The notes under the pieces: generated by a model | The model's input: only the letters and a program-made list of their open reading frames with translations | Told to the model about the DNA's origin: nothing | The model's database searches: none | Made by a program: the position numbers and the translations under genes | From: a bacterium | GTDB lineage: Bacteria > Patescibacteriota > Minisyncoccia > JAHIHE01 | NCBI GenBank assembly: GCA_030693205.1 | Contig: JAUYBG010000010.1 | Span: 66,059-130,058, forward strand | Direction: 5' to 3' | Length of the DNA: 64,000 bases | In this document: piece by piece, positions 27,913-36,813 of the stretch | Position numbering within the stretch: position 1 is the stretch's first letter | How the letters are laid out: each line of letters starts with the position of its first letter

Positions 27913-29115
27913 ATGAAAAACAAAATCAAAGTTTTTATTGCCGGCGGTGCGGCAATAATCGCAATCCTTGGCTTAGTTTCGCCGATTTTCGCTTCACAGT
28001 CTAATAGTGAACCCTCGCAAAGAAAAATTGTAGTTTTCAAGCAAGGAGTTTTAAGCGAATCGGAGAAAGACGCTTTAGTTGATAATTCAGGCGGAGCAAG
28101 AATTAAAGATTTAAAATTAATCAATGGCAAGGCGGTTATTTTGTCTCCAAGAGCGGAAAAAGCCCTGGCAAAAAGACCGGAAGTTTTAAGAATTGACGAC
28201 GATGCGGTGGTTGAAGCTTTAGTAAAAGGCGGTATTTCTGCCAAGCCTGCTCCTGCTAATCCTGCTGAAATTTTGCCTTGGGGAGTGGATAGAATTGACG
28301 CGGAAAAGGTTTGGAGCGCCACCACTGGCGATCCGATTAAAGTCGCAGTGCTTGATACGGGCATTGATATTTATCACCCTGACTTAAAAGCCAATTTAAA
28401 GGGAGGATTTAATACCATCAATCCTTTTAAAAGCTATAACGATGACAACGGACATGGCACTCATGTGGCGGGCATTATCGCAGCGGCGGACAATGAAATC
28501 GGCGTAATCGGCGTGGGACCAAAAATTGATCTTTATGCGGTTAAAGCGTTGGATCGCAATGGCTCCGGTTATCTTTCCGATATTATCGAAGGCCTTGATT
28601 GGGCGATTGCCAACGGCATGCAAGTGGTAAATATGAGTTTGGGAACAACGGCCGATGTGCAATCTTTTCGAGAAGCGGTGCAAAAAGCGAATGCCGCGGG
28701 AATTGTGCAGGTAGCGGCTGCGGGCAATAACGGAGTATCTGTAATTTATCCCGCCGCATATTCGGAAGTAATCGCCGTTTCGGCAACTGATAAGACGGAT
28801 GTTGCCGCTTCTTGGTCTTCTCGCGGGCCGGAAGTTGATTTAGCCGCGCCGGGAGTTTCCATTTATTCAACCTACAAAGGCTCAACATATAAAACTTTAA
28901 GTGGTACTTCTATGGCTTCTCCTCATGTCGCTGGCGTCGCGGCCCTGGCTTTGACAACCTCAATTGGTACCTGGGATTTAGACGGTGACGGTGTTTGGGA
29001 TCCGGTGGAAGTTCAGAATAAGTTGGAGCGAACCGCGGAAGATTTGGGCGCGGAGGGCAGAGATAATTTATACGGCGCAGGGCTGGTTGACGCGGAAGCG
29101 GCGGTATTAAGGTAA
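27913..29115 (+). CDS. Secreted subtilisin-like serine protease (S8)
   Basis: Signal and propeptide; LDTG, HGTHVAG, AAAGN, GTSMASPHVAG. Confidence 0.95.
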   Translation: MKNKIKVFIAGGAAIIAILGLVSPIFASQSNSEPSQRKIVVFKQGVLSESEKDALVDNSGGARIKDLKLINGKAVILSPRAEKALAKRPEVLRIDDDAVVEALVKGGISAKPAPANPAEILPWGVDRIDAEKVWSATTGDPIKVAVLDTGIDIYHPDLKANLKGGFNTINPFKSYNDDNGHGTHVAGIIAAADNEIGVIGVGPKIDLYAVKALDRNGSGYLSDIIEGLDWAIANGMQVVNMSLGTTADVQSFREAVQKANAAGIVQVAAAGNNGVSVIYPAAYSEVIAVSATDKTDVAASWSSRGPEVDLAAPGVSIYSTYKGSTYKTLSGTSMASPHVAGVAALALTTSIGTWDLDGDGVWDPVEVQNKLERTAEDLGAEGRDNLYGAGLVDAEAAVLR

Positions 29116-29141
29116 AACTAAATATGAAAATTAAGAAAATA

Positions 29142-29434
29142 TTCACCCCGTTAAATAATTTTAAATTTTAAAATTCTCATGTATTATGTTTATGTGCTGT
29201 TAAGTGAAAAAGACAATAAAAAGTACATAGGTTATACTAAAAATTTAAAATTAAGATTTGAGCTTCACCAGAAAGGGAAAGTGGATTCTACTAAAGACAG
29301 GTGTCCTCTGAAATTAATTTATTATGAAGCCTGTTTAAGTCAACATGATGCGACACATCGTGAGAAATATTTAAAAACCTATCATGGGAGTATGTTTATA
29401 AAAAATCGGCTCAAATCTTATTTAACTGGGTAAA
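29142..29434 (+). mobile_element. Putative minimal element: GIY-YIG gene bounded by 17-bp inverted repeats
   Basis: ttcaccccgttaaataa (29142-29158) / ttatttaactgggtaaa (29418-29434), 15/17 complementary; the stop codon lies within the right repeat. Confidence 0.65.
29179..29433 (+). CDS. Stand-alone GIY-YIG endonuclease
   Basis: YYVYVL...YIGYT.NL..R...H...LIYYEA...A..RE.YLK. Confidence 0.92.
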   Translation: MYYVYVLLSEKDNKKYIGYTKNLKLRFELHQKGKVDSTKDRCPLKLIYYEACLSQHDATHREKYLKTYHGSMFIKNRLKSYLTG

Positions 29435-29543
29435 GAAAAATGAACATCCAAAAAATTCTATCCAATTTTATTTACCGCGGCTATGTTAGCAGTCCTGTTA
29501 TATTTCGGTTATCGGTCGAAAAATAAAAAAGCCGAATCTATTA

Positions 29544-29690
29544 AAAAATAAATTTCAACGCTATTTTTTTGCGATTAAAAAGTTTCGCTATACATATATA
29601 AAGATAATATAATTAAGCGGATATTGCAAAATATTTGATATTATAATCTTCTTATGCTAAAATGAAATTATAATTGTTAAAATAATTTAT
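29544..29690 (+). repeat. ~146-bp direct repeat, copy 2
   Basis: Near-identical to 27685-27831; runs directly into the ATG at 29689. Confidence 0.9.
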
Positions 29691-30516
29691 GGCTGAAAAT
29701 AAATTACCATCTATAAAATCACTTTTAATTTTTATCATTGTTTTGTTTGCCCTTATCGTAGCGCTGATTACGGCTATTAATTTTCCTGCGCTTAAAAATT
29801 ATCCGCCGGTTGTTGTTCAGCCGACAGTAGCTCCAACAATTACGATGGCAGTTCCGACGCTCAAGCCGACAGTAACTTCTATTATTGAAGTAATGAAATG
29901 GATAACCTATAGAAATTCAGATATAAGCGTAGGGTTTAAATATTCAAGTACATTGGGAACACCTGAAATTTTCCAAACCGATAATACTAACAAAAAACCT
30001 GAGAATGTTTTTGCAGGAAAGAAAATCGATGTTTATTTTAAAGATGCAGACTATAATTGGTTTTCATTTGCAGCTTATACATCTGATTATCAAAGTTTTA
30101 AAGATTTCTTTATTTTTAGAGGTAGTGATGATATCAATACAGAATGTCCAAATCCGTTTATATATAACAATAAAGGCGAAGCTTGCAAGATAATAGAAGT
30201 CGCAGATAATAAGGTGATTTGGAAAAATTACTTTAATGAGGATGAGTGTTCTCCTGTCTTTGAAAGTCAAATATATTTTAATAATAAAAGTCAATCAATT
30301 TATAAAGGATTATCATTTACATTTAACTTAAAAGATGCTGAGAAAAAAGTCACCGATCTTTATAGTTGCATTGATGATAAAGCAACAGAACTGGCATATT
30401 TAGAGGCGGTTACTCAGTCAAAAAATATTATGGAAAGAAAAAATTTGTCTGAGAATGACTTACAGAGACTTGATATAATAGATGAAATTTTGGCCAGCTT
30501 TAAATTTATCAAATAA
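29689..30516 (+). CDS. Membrane-anchored exported protein, possible PsbP/Mog1-like fold
   Basis: N-terminal TM, P/T linker, WITYRN..GFKY, C-terminal ILASFKF. Confidence 0.55.
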   Translation: MAENKLPSIKSLLIFIIVLFALIVALITAINFPALKNYPPVVVQPTVAPTITMAVPTLKPTVTSIIEVMKWITYRNSDISVGFKYSSTLGTPEIFQTDNTNKKPENVFAGKKIDVYFKDADYNWFSFAAYTSDYQSFKDFFIFRGSDDINTECPNPFIYNNKGEACKIIEVADNKVIWKNYFNEDECSPVFESQIYFNNKSQSIYKGLSFTFNLKDAEKKVTDLYSCIDDKATELAYLEAVTQSKNIMERKNLSENDLQRLDIIDEILASFKFIK

Positions 30517-30578
30517 ATAATTTAAAAAACAACCCGCAAAAGATTGTTTTTTTTATTTTAGTTAGATCGTTTTTTCTA

Positions 30579-31157
30579 TTATTGTTTGTTTAAAAACTTG
30601 AATGTGGAAAGAATTTGTTTAAATTGTTCATCGTTTTTACCAACGGGTGCCGAAATTCGATATACATTATCATTTTTAAAGACAAAAACTACCTCAATAT
30701 CTGTACCCATAGTTACTGGGTCGTGTAACAAAAAAGTTTCAGTTCCGGCAATGGTTATATCCTCTATTTTTTGATACGGAATATCATTTCGATCGTTTTC
30801 TGCTTTTCCCGTAACCCAATCATAAATATTTTTATTATTGCTTTTTATCGTTTTTATACTAAGAGGGTTGATAAAAGGAGAATCGAGGAAATCTTTATAT
30901 TTTATGTCTGACCATTGTATCAAAGATATATCTGTTGAATTTATATCCCAGTGACTAGGATATTTAATTTCATATCCATAGTCTTCGTTCTTGTAACTCT
31001 TCAAATTTAATGTATCAATATTAGGAGTAATAATAGGCGTAGAGCTAGGAGTAGCTACTGGTGGTATTTTTTTTCCACTTTCATATACAGCATAAAATAT
31101 TATGGCTAAAATTATTCCCACCAATAGTAAAGCTTTTGCAATAATAGTTAATTTCAT
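30579..31157 (-). CDS. Membrane-anchored PsbP-related protein
   Basis: N-terminal TM, P/T linker, YKNEDYGYEIKYPSHW...FKQILSTFKF. Confidence 0.65.
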   Translation of the reverse strand: MKLTIIAKALLLVGIILAIIFYAVYESGKKIPPVATPSSTPIITPNIDTLNLKSYKNEDYGYEIKYPSHWDINSTDISLIQWSDIKYKDFLDSPFINPLSIKTIKSNNKNIYDWVTGKAENDRNDIPYQKIEDITIAGTETFLLHDPVTMGTDIEVVFVFKNDNVYRISAPVGKNDEQFKQILSTFKFLNKQ

Positions 31158-31421
31158 ATAAATTTTTATTTATTTATTTTAACATTATAAAGTTATCATA
31201 ATTAATCTTTTAAGTCAAATTATTGCTTTGATAACTATGCGCGTAAATTATTGACAAATTAGCTAAGATATACTAATCTATATAGGTTCACTTTAAACAA
31301 AAAGTGATAGAAGGAAGCTAAAATGCACACTACAATCGAAAGACAAAAAACAAGGAATCTGATAGATTTCCAAGGTATCAACAGAGAAACAAAAAACAAT
31401 ATAGGAGAAAAGTGATCGGAA

Positions 31422-33212
31422 ATGAAAGAAAAAATTAGAAATATATCGAGCGCATTGCTTACGTTTGGAATAATAGTGGTACTATTTTCTAGCGTAGTAA
31501 TGGCAGCAGATAACACTTTCCAATACCCGCTTGATGTACCATGGAATCCATCCCGTAATTTTAGTGAATGGATAAATAACTGGGATGGAAATGGATCCAA
31601 TGGTTACCATTTGGGTGTAGATATACCCGCAGATCCACTTATAAAAGTTAAAGCCGCTTCTGACGGTATTGTCATATTTGCCGGTCCAATGATAGGATAC
31701 GGAAATGTAGTTATAATCAAACACCCAAATAGTGATGTAACTACTCTTTATGGCCATTTGGGCAAAAGTCTCAATGTAAGCAATAAAGATTCTATAAACA
31801 AAGGACAAATAATTGGATACATCGGAAACAGTTCAGAAAATGGTGGATGGTTGTTTACGCACTTACATTTTGGTATACGTAAAGGGCTAGACAAAACAAC
31901 AGCTTTGATTTGCGGTAATTGGCCATATGTCGGGTACTCGCAACCATGTAAAAAATTTACTCATGAACAACAGGTTGACATGTGGTATAACCCATCAGAG
32001 TTTATTAAAGAACATCTTCAACCCCCAATCCCGCCAAAACAAAAACTCACAGTTCTCTCTCCCAATGGCGGAGAAAACTGGCCGGTTGGAAGCGAGCAAA
32101 AGATCCAGTGGAAGTTTACGGGAAAACAAACAACATCAGTAAAAATTGAACTTCAAAAAAGTTCTTCTTCCTTGTTCACTGAACTCATTGCTATATTTGT
32201 TCCAACAGACTATAACGGCGATGGTTCGTATCTTTGGACTATTCCTGCCACTCATGAGACAGGAACTGACTACAAGATAATTGTTACGAGCATAGAAAAC
32301 TCAAAACGTACTGACACGAGCGATGGATATTTCACCATCAGCGCGCCAGCACCGCCTCCAACCCCCACCGAACCTGTGCATAATGTCAATAAAAATACTG
32401 ACTACACATCTGTTCAGGGAGCCATAAACGATGCGAATATCGGAGATGAGATCGATGTTTACAGCGGCACGTATTATGAGAACGTGAATGTAAATAAGCA
32501 GTTAATACTGGAAGGAATTGGAAATCCTATCGTAGATGCCCATAGCAATGGAAGCGCGATCACGCTTTCCGCGAACGGAATTAGGCTGGAAGGATTTACT
32601 GCAATCAATGCCAGCTCTTCAGGAGCAGGAATCTGGATTGCTTCCAACAACAACACGCTGATTGAAAATAATGCCGGCCCGAATAATCACTTCGGTATCT
32701 ATATGGCCTATTCCAACAATAATACATTGAACGGGAACAATGTAAACTCGAATAATTATCACGGCATTCTGATGGAAGGCGGAAACAATAACAACACATT
32801 GATCGGTAATAATATCAGTTCAAACAATATTGATGGCATCTTCCTGTATTCTTCCGGCAACAACACTTTGACTGGCAACAATGTATCGGATAACCACCGT
32901 AACGGCATTTATATATGGTATTCCAGCAACAATAACACAGTGAACGGCAACAGCGCCTCGAATAATAGTTATGGGATCGTTTTGGAAGCTTCTATCTACA
33001 ACAAAGTTTACCAAAATAATCTTGTTAGCAATAGCTATAATGGTTATGATTCAAGCATCGACAATCAATGGGACAATGGCACAGTAGGCAACTATTACAG
33101 CGATTATACAGGCATAGACCTGAACGGCGACGGTATAGGTGATACTCCATATCCAATACCCGGAGGCAGCAGCAGAGACAGATACCCGCTGATGAATAAA
33201 TGGCAAAACTAG
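31422..33212 (+). CDS. Secreted M23 peptidase + Ig-like (Ser/Thr-rich GPI-anchored type) domain + NosD/CASH beta-helix
   Basis: HLGVD, YGH, HLHF (M23); LSPNGGENW..G...I.W; Asn-rich parallel beta-helix ending GNYYSDY.G.D.NGDGIGD.PY...DRYPL. Confidence 0.85.
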   Translation: MKEKIRNISSALLTFGIIVVLFSSVVMAADNTFQYPLDVPWNPSRNFSEWINNWDGNGSNGYHLGVDIPADPLIKVKAASDGIVIFAGPMIGYGNVVIIKHPNSDVTTLYGHLGKSLNVSNKDSINKGQIIGYIGNSSENGGWLFTHLHFGIRKGLDKTTALICGNWPYVGYSQPCKKFTHEQQVDMWYNPSEFIKEHLQPPIPPKQKLTVLSPNGGENWPVGSEQKIQWKFTGKQTTSVKIELQKSSSSLFTELIAIFVPTDYNGDGSYLWTIPATHETGTDYKIIVTSIENSKRTDTSDGYFTISAPAPPPTPTEPVHNVNKNTDYTSVQGAINDANIGDEIDVYSGTYYENVNVNKQLILEGIGNPIVDAHSNGSAITLSANGIRLEGFTAINASSSGAGIWIASNNNTLIENNAGPNNHFGIYMAYSNNNTLNGNNVNSNNYHGILMEGGNNNNTLIGNNISSNNIDGIFLYSSGNNTLTGNNVSDNHRNGIYIWYSSNNNTVNGNSASNNSYGIVLEASIYNKVYQNNLVSNSYNGYDSSIDNQWDNGTVGNYYSDYTGIDLNGDGIGDTPYPIPGGSSRDRYPLMNKWQN

Positions 33213-33405
33213 AAATTAGCAGAGGTGAAAAATAAAAAACCAATTAGTAAAACCAATAAAAATAAACATTTAAGAAGCTGAATTAAAAGAACATTAATTT
33301 CGGCTTATTTTTTTGCTTAAAAAGCTAAAACAGGAAAATATGGATTTTGGCTTTTTTGGTTTTTGGGTGTATAATATAAGAAATAAGTTTTAATATTATC
33401 AAATC

Positions 33406-33618
33406 ATGCCCCAAGAAGATCCGGATAAAAAACCGCCGATGAAGCCGGAAGAACTTAATACGATTTTGATTATCGGAGGAATTTTATTTTTGTATATTGT
33501 TCCTACGATCATTTTGATGATCTTTCACGCCGGAGCCAGAGAATATCTGGTGGCGTTCACTATATTTATGATCTTGGGAATGATCTTTTGGCACGCGGGA
33601 GCCGTACTTAGAGACTAG
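33406..33618 (+). CDS. Small two-TM protein, hypothetical
   Basis: Two hydrophobic helices; intergenic position with upstream TATAAT. Confidence 0.55.
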   Translation: MPQEDPDKKPPMKPEELNTILIIGGILFLYIVPTIILMIFHAGAREYLVAFTIFMILGMIFWHAGAVLRD

Positions 33619-33667
33619 AAGCGTTTTGTATTTTATGGTTAAATCCATTTTTTTGTTTTTTTAATTT

Positions 33668-34738
33668 ATGATCATTGAGCAAGAATTAAAAAATTTTAAA
33701 ACTGTTTTTGATAAAGAAATGGAAAAATTTTTGGACTTGAAAATTGTTCAAGCCAAAAAAATATCGCCGGAGGCTTCTGGTGCGGTTCAAAATCTTAAAA
33801 ATTATGTTTTAGGTTCCGGCAAAAGGATCAGGCCGGCGTTAATGTATTACGCATATTTAGCTTTGGGCGGGAAAAACAAAAAAGAAGCCTTGAGGCTGGC
33901 TATGGCATCGGAATTTATCCATGCTTTTTTAATTATCCATGACGATGTTATAGATAGGGATGATTTCAGAAGAGGAATGCCGTCGATCCATTGTATTTAT
34001 AAAAAAATAGCTCTAAAAGATCATTATTCCGTCAGCGCGCCGCATTATGGGAATTCGCAGGCGATCTCTATCGGCGATATGTGTTTTAGCTTTGTCGGCG
34101 AGATTATTTCTCAAAGCAAATTTAATCGCGGCATTAAAGATAAGTTATTAAAAAAAATAAGCGATATTGTATTCAATACGACGATAGGGCAATTCCACGA
34201 TGTATTCGCGGCGGCGGTGAAAAATGGAATTGACGAGAAGCACGTGTTGACGATTTTGGAATATAAAACAGCCCGCTATACCGTAGAAGGCCCGCTTCAT
34301 TTGGGAGCGATAATGGCTGGCGCCAGCGGCAGAGTCTTAAAAAGTTTAAGCGATTTTTCAATTCCTCTGGGAATCGCTTTCCAGATCCAAGATGATATTC
34401 TTGGTGTTTTCGGATCAAGCCAAGAGACGGGAAAACCGGTTGGCGCCGATATTCGGGAAGGCAAAAAAACATTATTGATCGTCAGAGCGCTGGAGCAGGC
34501 AAGCGCGAACCAGAAAAAAGATCTGCATCTTGCCTTGGGAAACGATAAGGCTGGCAGAGAACAGATTGAGAGAGCAAGAAAAATTATTATTGATATCGGG
34601 TCTCTCGAATATTCAAAAAGATCCGCGGAAAAATTAGTCAATGCTTCGCGTCTCGTGCTCACGCGCAGCAATTTGAACAAAGAAAGCAAAGAATTTTTTT
34701 CCGCCGTAGCGGAGTTTATGATCAAGAGAGATCATTGA
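33668..34738 (+). CDS. Polyprenyl diphosphate synthase (IdsA/GGPPS type)
   Basis: GKRIRP, HDDVIDRDDFRRG, KTARYT, FQIQDDILG, DIREGK. Confidence 0.93.
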   Translation: MIIEQELKNFKTVFDKEMEKFLDLKIVQAKKISPEASGAVQNLKNYVLGSGKRIRPALMYYAYLALGGKNKKEALRLAMASEFIHAFLIIHDDVIDRDDFRRGMPSIHCIYKKIALKDHYSVSAPHYGNSQAISIGDMCFSFVGEIISQSKFNRGIKDKLLKKISDIVFNTTIGQFHDVFAAAVKNGIDEKHVLTILEYKTARYTVEGPLHLGAIMAGASGRVLKSLSDFSIPLGIAFQIQDDILGVFGSSQETGKPVGADIREGKKTLLIVRALEQASANQKKDLHLALGNDKAGREQIERARKIIIDIGSLEYSKRSAEKLVNASRLVLTRSNLNKESKEFFSAVAEFMIKRDH

Positions 34739-34779
34739 TTTTTTCATAAATTTTTTGTGAAGGAAAAAATATGAGAGAA

Positions 34780-34799
34780 TGTGGATAAAATGTGAATAA
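34780..34799. promoter_or_regulatory. Two tandem DnaA boxes
   Basis: TGTGGATAA (34780-34788) and TGTGAATAA (34791-34799), both matching TTWTNCACA. Confidence 0.6.
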
Positions 34800-34883
34800 G
34801 TTGTAATCTTTTTAGCCCCGTTTTTATTGAAAAACCTTTTAAACAAAAGGTTTTTTGTTTTTTTAAAAAAAATATCAAAGTGT

Positions 34884-34967
34884 TTGACATAAGATTAAAG
34901 TGGGGTATAATTATATTACTGTGGTTGAAAGTGGATAATATTGGGGAAAAGTAAGAAAAACAGTGGA
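34884..34967 (+). promoter_or_regulatory. dcw promoter with MraZ-type GTGG boxes
   Basis: TTGACA-16-TATAAT (34884-34911); GTGG at 34900, 34921, 34931, 34963 with ~10-bp phasing. Confidence 0.7.
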
Positions 34968-35015
34968 AAACAAAAAATAATTTTTAAGTTAAATTCGCCA
35001 GTTGCGCAAAGAATT

Positions 35016-35447
35016 ATGTTTATCGGCCAATACTCGCATCTCATTGATCCGAAAAAAAGATTGGCAGTGCCGTCGAAATTTCGGAAGCAGCTAGGCTCTA
35101 CCGTGGTTGTCACGAGAGGAATTGACAATTGTCTTTTTGTTTATACCCTGAAGGACTGGAAAGAGCTGGCGGAAAAATTAAGCCATTTGCCGATCTCGAA
35201 ATCAAACACTCGCGCTTTTGGCCGTTTGATGCTAGCCGGAGCGATGGACGTGGAAATTGATTCACAGGGGCGAATTCTTGTGCCGGATTATTTAAAAGAA
35301 TATGCCAAGCTCAAGGATAAGGTTGTTATCGCCGGCTTGTATAACCGGCTCGAGATCTGGGACGAAGAAATTTGGAATAATTATAAAAACAAAACTGAAA
35401 AAGAAAGCTCCAGCATCGCCGAACAGCTGGGAGAGTTGGGAGTTTAG
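35016..35447 (+). CDS. mraZ: Division/cell wall cluster regulator MraZ
   Basis: MFIGQY...ID.K.R...P..FR, DSQGRIL.P, RLEIW; start moved to ATG 35016 (143 aa). Confidence 0.96.
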   Translation: MFIGQYSHLIDPKKRLAVPSKFRKQLGSTVVVTRGIDNCLFVYTLKDWKELAEKLSHLPISKSNTRAFGRLMLAGAMDVEIDSQGRILVPDYLKEYAKLKDKVVIAGLYNRLEIWDEEIWNNYKNKTEKESSSIAEQLGELGV

Positions 35448-35478
35448 TTAAAAATTTAAATTTAGATATTTTACAGAT

Positions 35479-36444
35479 ATGGCTCATGTACCGGTTCTAT
35501 TAAAGGAGGTGCTTCAGTATTTGGATCCTAAACCGAATGAAAATTTTCTTGACGCAACGCTGGGAGACGGAGGGCACGCGAAAGAAATTTTGAAACTAAC
35601 CGCGCCGGATGGAAAATTACTGGGAATCGATAAGGATATAAATTCGATAAAGATCGCCGAAGAAAATCTCGCGGAGTTTAAAGACAGGGTTATGATCGTT
35701 CACGGAAATTTTCTGGATATAAAAAAAATTGTTGCGGATAATCCCGAAGCGGGAAAGTTGAGCGGCATATTGGCGGATCTGGGATTGAGTTCCAGGCAGT
35801 TCGAGGAAAGCGGCAGGGGATTTTCTTTCCAGCGCGATGAGCCTCTGATCATGAGTATGTCTTGGCCCCTCAAGGAAGGGCGGAAGATAGCGCTTCAGAT
35901 AATCAATGAAGCGAGCGCCAGGGAGCTCGAGGAGATCTTTAAAGAATACGGCGAAGAGCGCCTTGCGCGCCCGATCGCCGAAAGAATAGTCCGGGTGCGG
36001 GAAGATAAAAGGATCGAGCGGACTCTGGAACTGGCCGATATCGCCATCAGCGCTTATAAGAAGTTTTTTGGAGACAAGACATGGCATGTTCATCCCGCGA
36101 CAAAGATTTTTATGGCCTTGAGGATCGCGGTCAATGAAGAGCTGGCGGATCTCGAAAAATTCTTGCCTGACGCTTTGAGCGTATTGCCGGAAAAAGGGAG
36201 GCTCGCGGTTATAAGTTTTCATTCTCTTGAAGACAGGATAGCAAAAAATTTTTTCCGGCGGGAGTCTCATGGCTGTGTTTGCACTAAAGATCAGATGGAA
36301 TGCGTTTGCGGCCACGAGCGAAGTCTGAAAATAATCACCAAGCGGCCGGTTGGCGCAAGCGCGGATGAAATGGAAAAAAATCCCAGGAGCCGAAGCGCTA
36401 AATTGCGAGTAGCGGAAAAATTAAGCATATCAAACGATTATTAA
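35479..36444 (+). CDS. rsmH: 16S rRNA m4C1402 methyltransferase
   Basis: HVPVLL.E, DATLG.GGH, RGFSF, FHSLEDR, NPRSRSAKLR. Confidence 0.97.
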   Translation: MAHVPVLLKEVLQYLDPKPNENFLDATLGDGGHAKEILKLTAPDGKLLGIDKDINSIKIAEENLAEFKDRVMIVHGNFLDIKKIVADNPEAGKLSGILADLGLSSRQFEESGRGFSFQRDEPLIMSMSWPLKEGRKIALQIINEASARELEEIFKEYGEERLARPIAERIVRVREDKRIERTLELADIAISAYKKFFGDKTWHVHPATKIFMALRIAVNEELADLEKFLPDALSVLPEKGRLAVISFHSLEDRIAKNFFRRESHGCVCTKDQMECVCGHERSLKIITKRPVGASADEMEKNPRSRSAKLRVAEKLSISNDY

Positions 36445-36462
36445 TATTTTTACAAGATCAAT

Positions 36463-36783
36463 ATGGAAGCTAACTATTGTTCAATCCGAGAAAAACCCAA
36501 CTACACTTTTTTAGGCCTGGCTGTTTTCTTTTTGATCGCCGTCAGTTCTTTGGGTTATTTTACCCAGACGAATGCCGCGTCTTCTTTGGGCTATGAAATC
36601 AAGTTTTATCAGAAAAAAATAGACAAGCTGACCGGTGAAAATCAGAAGATGAAAATAACCATTGCCGAAAAGTCTTCTTTTAAAAAGATCAGTGAAAATG
36701 GCAGCGCGGAAAAAATGAATCTTGTCAGCGTATCGGATCAGCGCTATTTGCTGATATCGTCTTCAAGCTTAGCAAGCAGATAG
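36463..36783 (+). CDS. ftsL: FtsL-like bitopic coiled-coil protein
   Basis: Lies between rsmH and the PBP; one TM followed by a coiled coil. Confidence 0.6.
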   Translation: MEANYCSIREKPNYTFLGLAVFFLIAVSSLGYFTQTNAASSLGYEIKFYQKKIDKLTGENQKMKITIAEKSSFKKISENGSAEKMNLVSVSDQRYLLISSSSLASR

Positions 36784-36813
36784 ATTTTGCGCTTTATTTA
36801 TCTTTTAGAGATT

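Noticed and set aside
29435-33400. Integron cassette array among the accessory genes
   Set aside because: Genes are in mixed orientation, with no attC-like RYYYAAC...GTTRRRY sites and no integrase.
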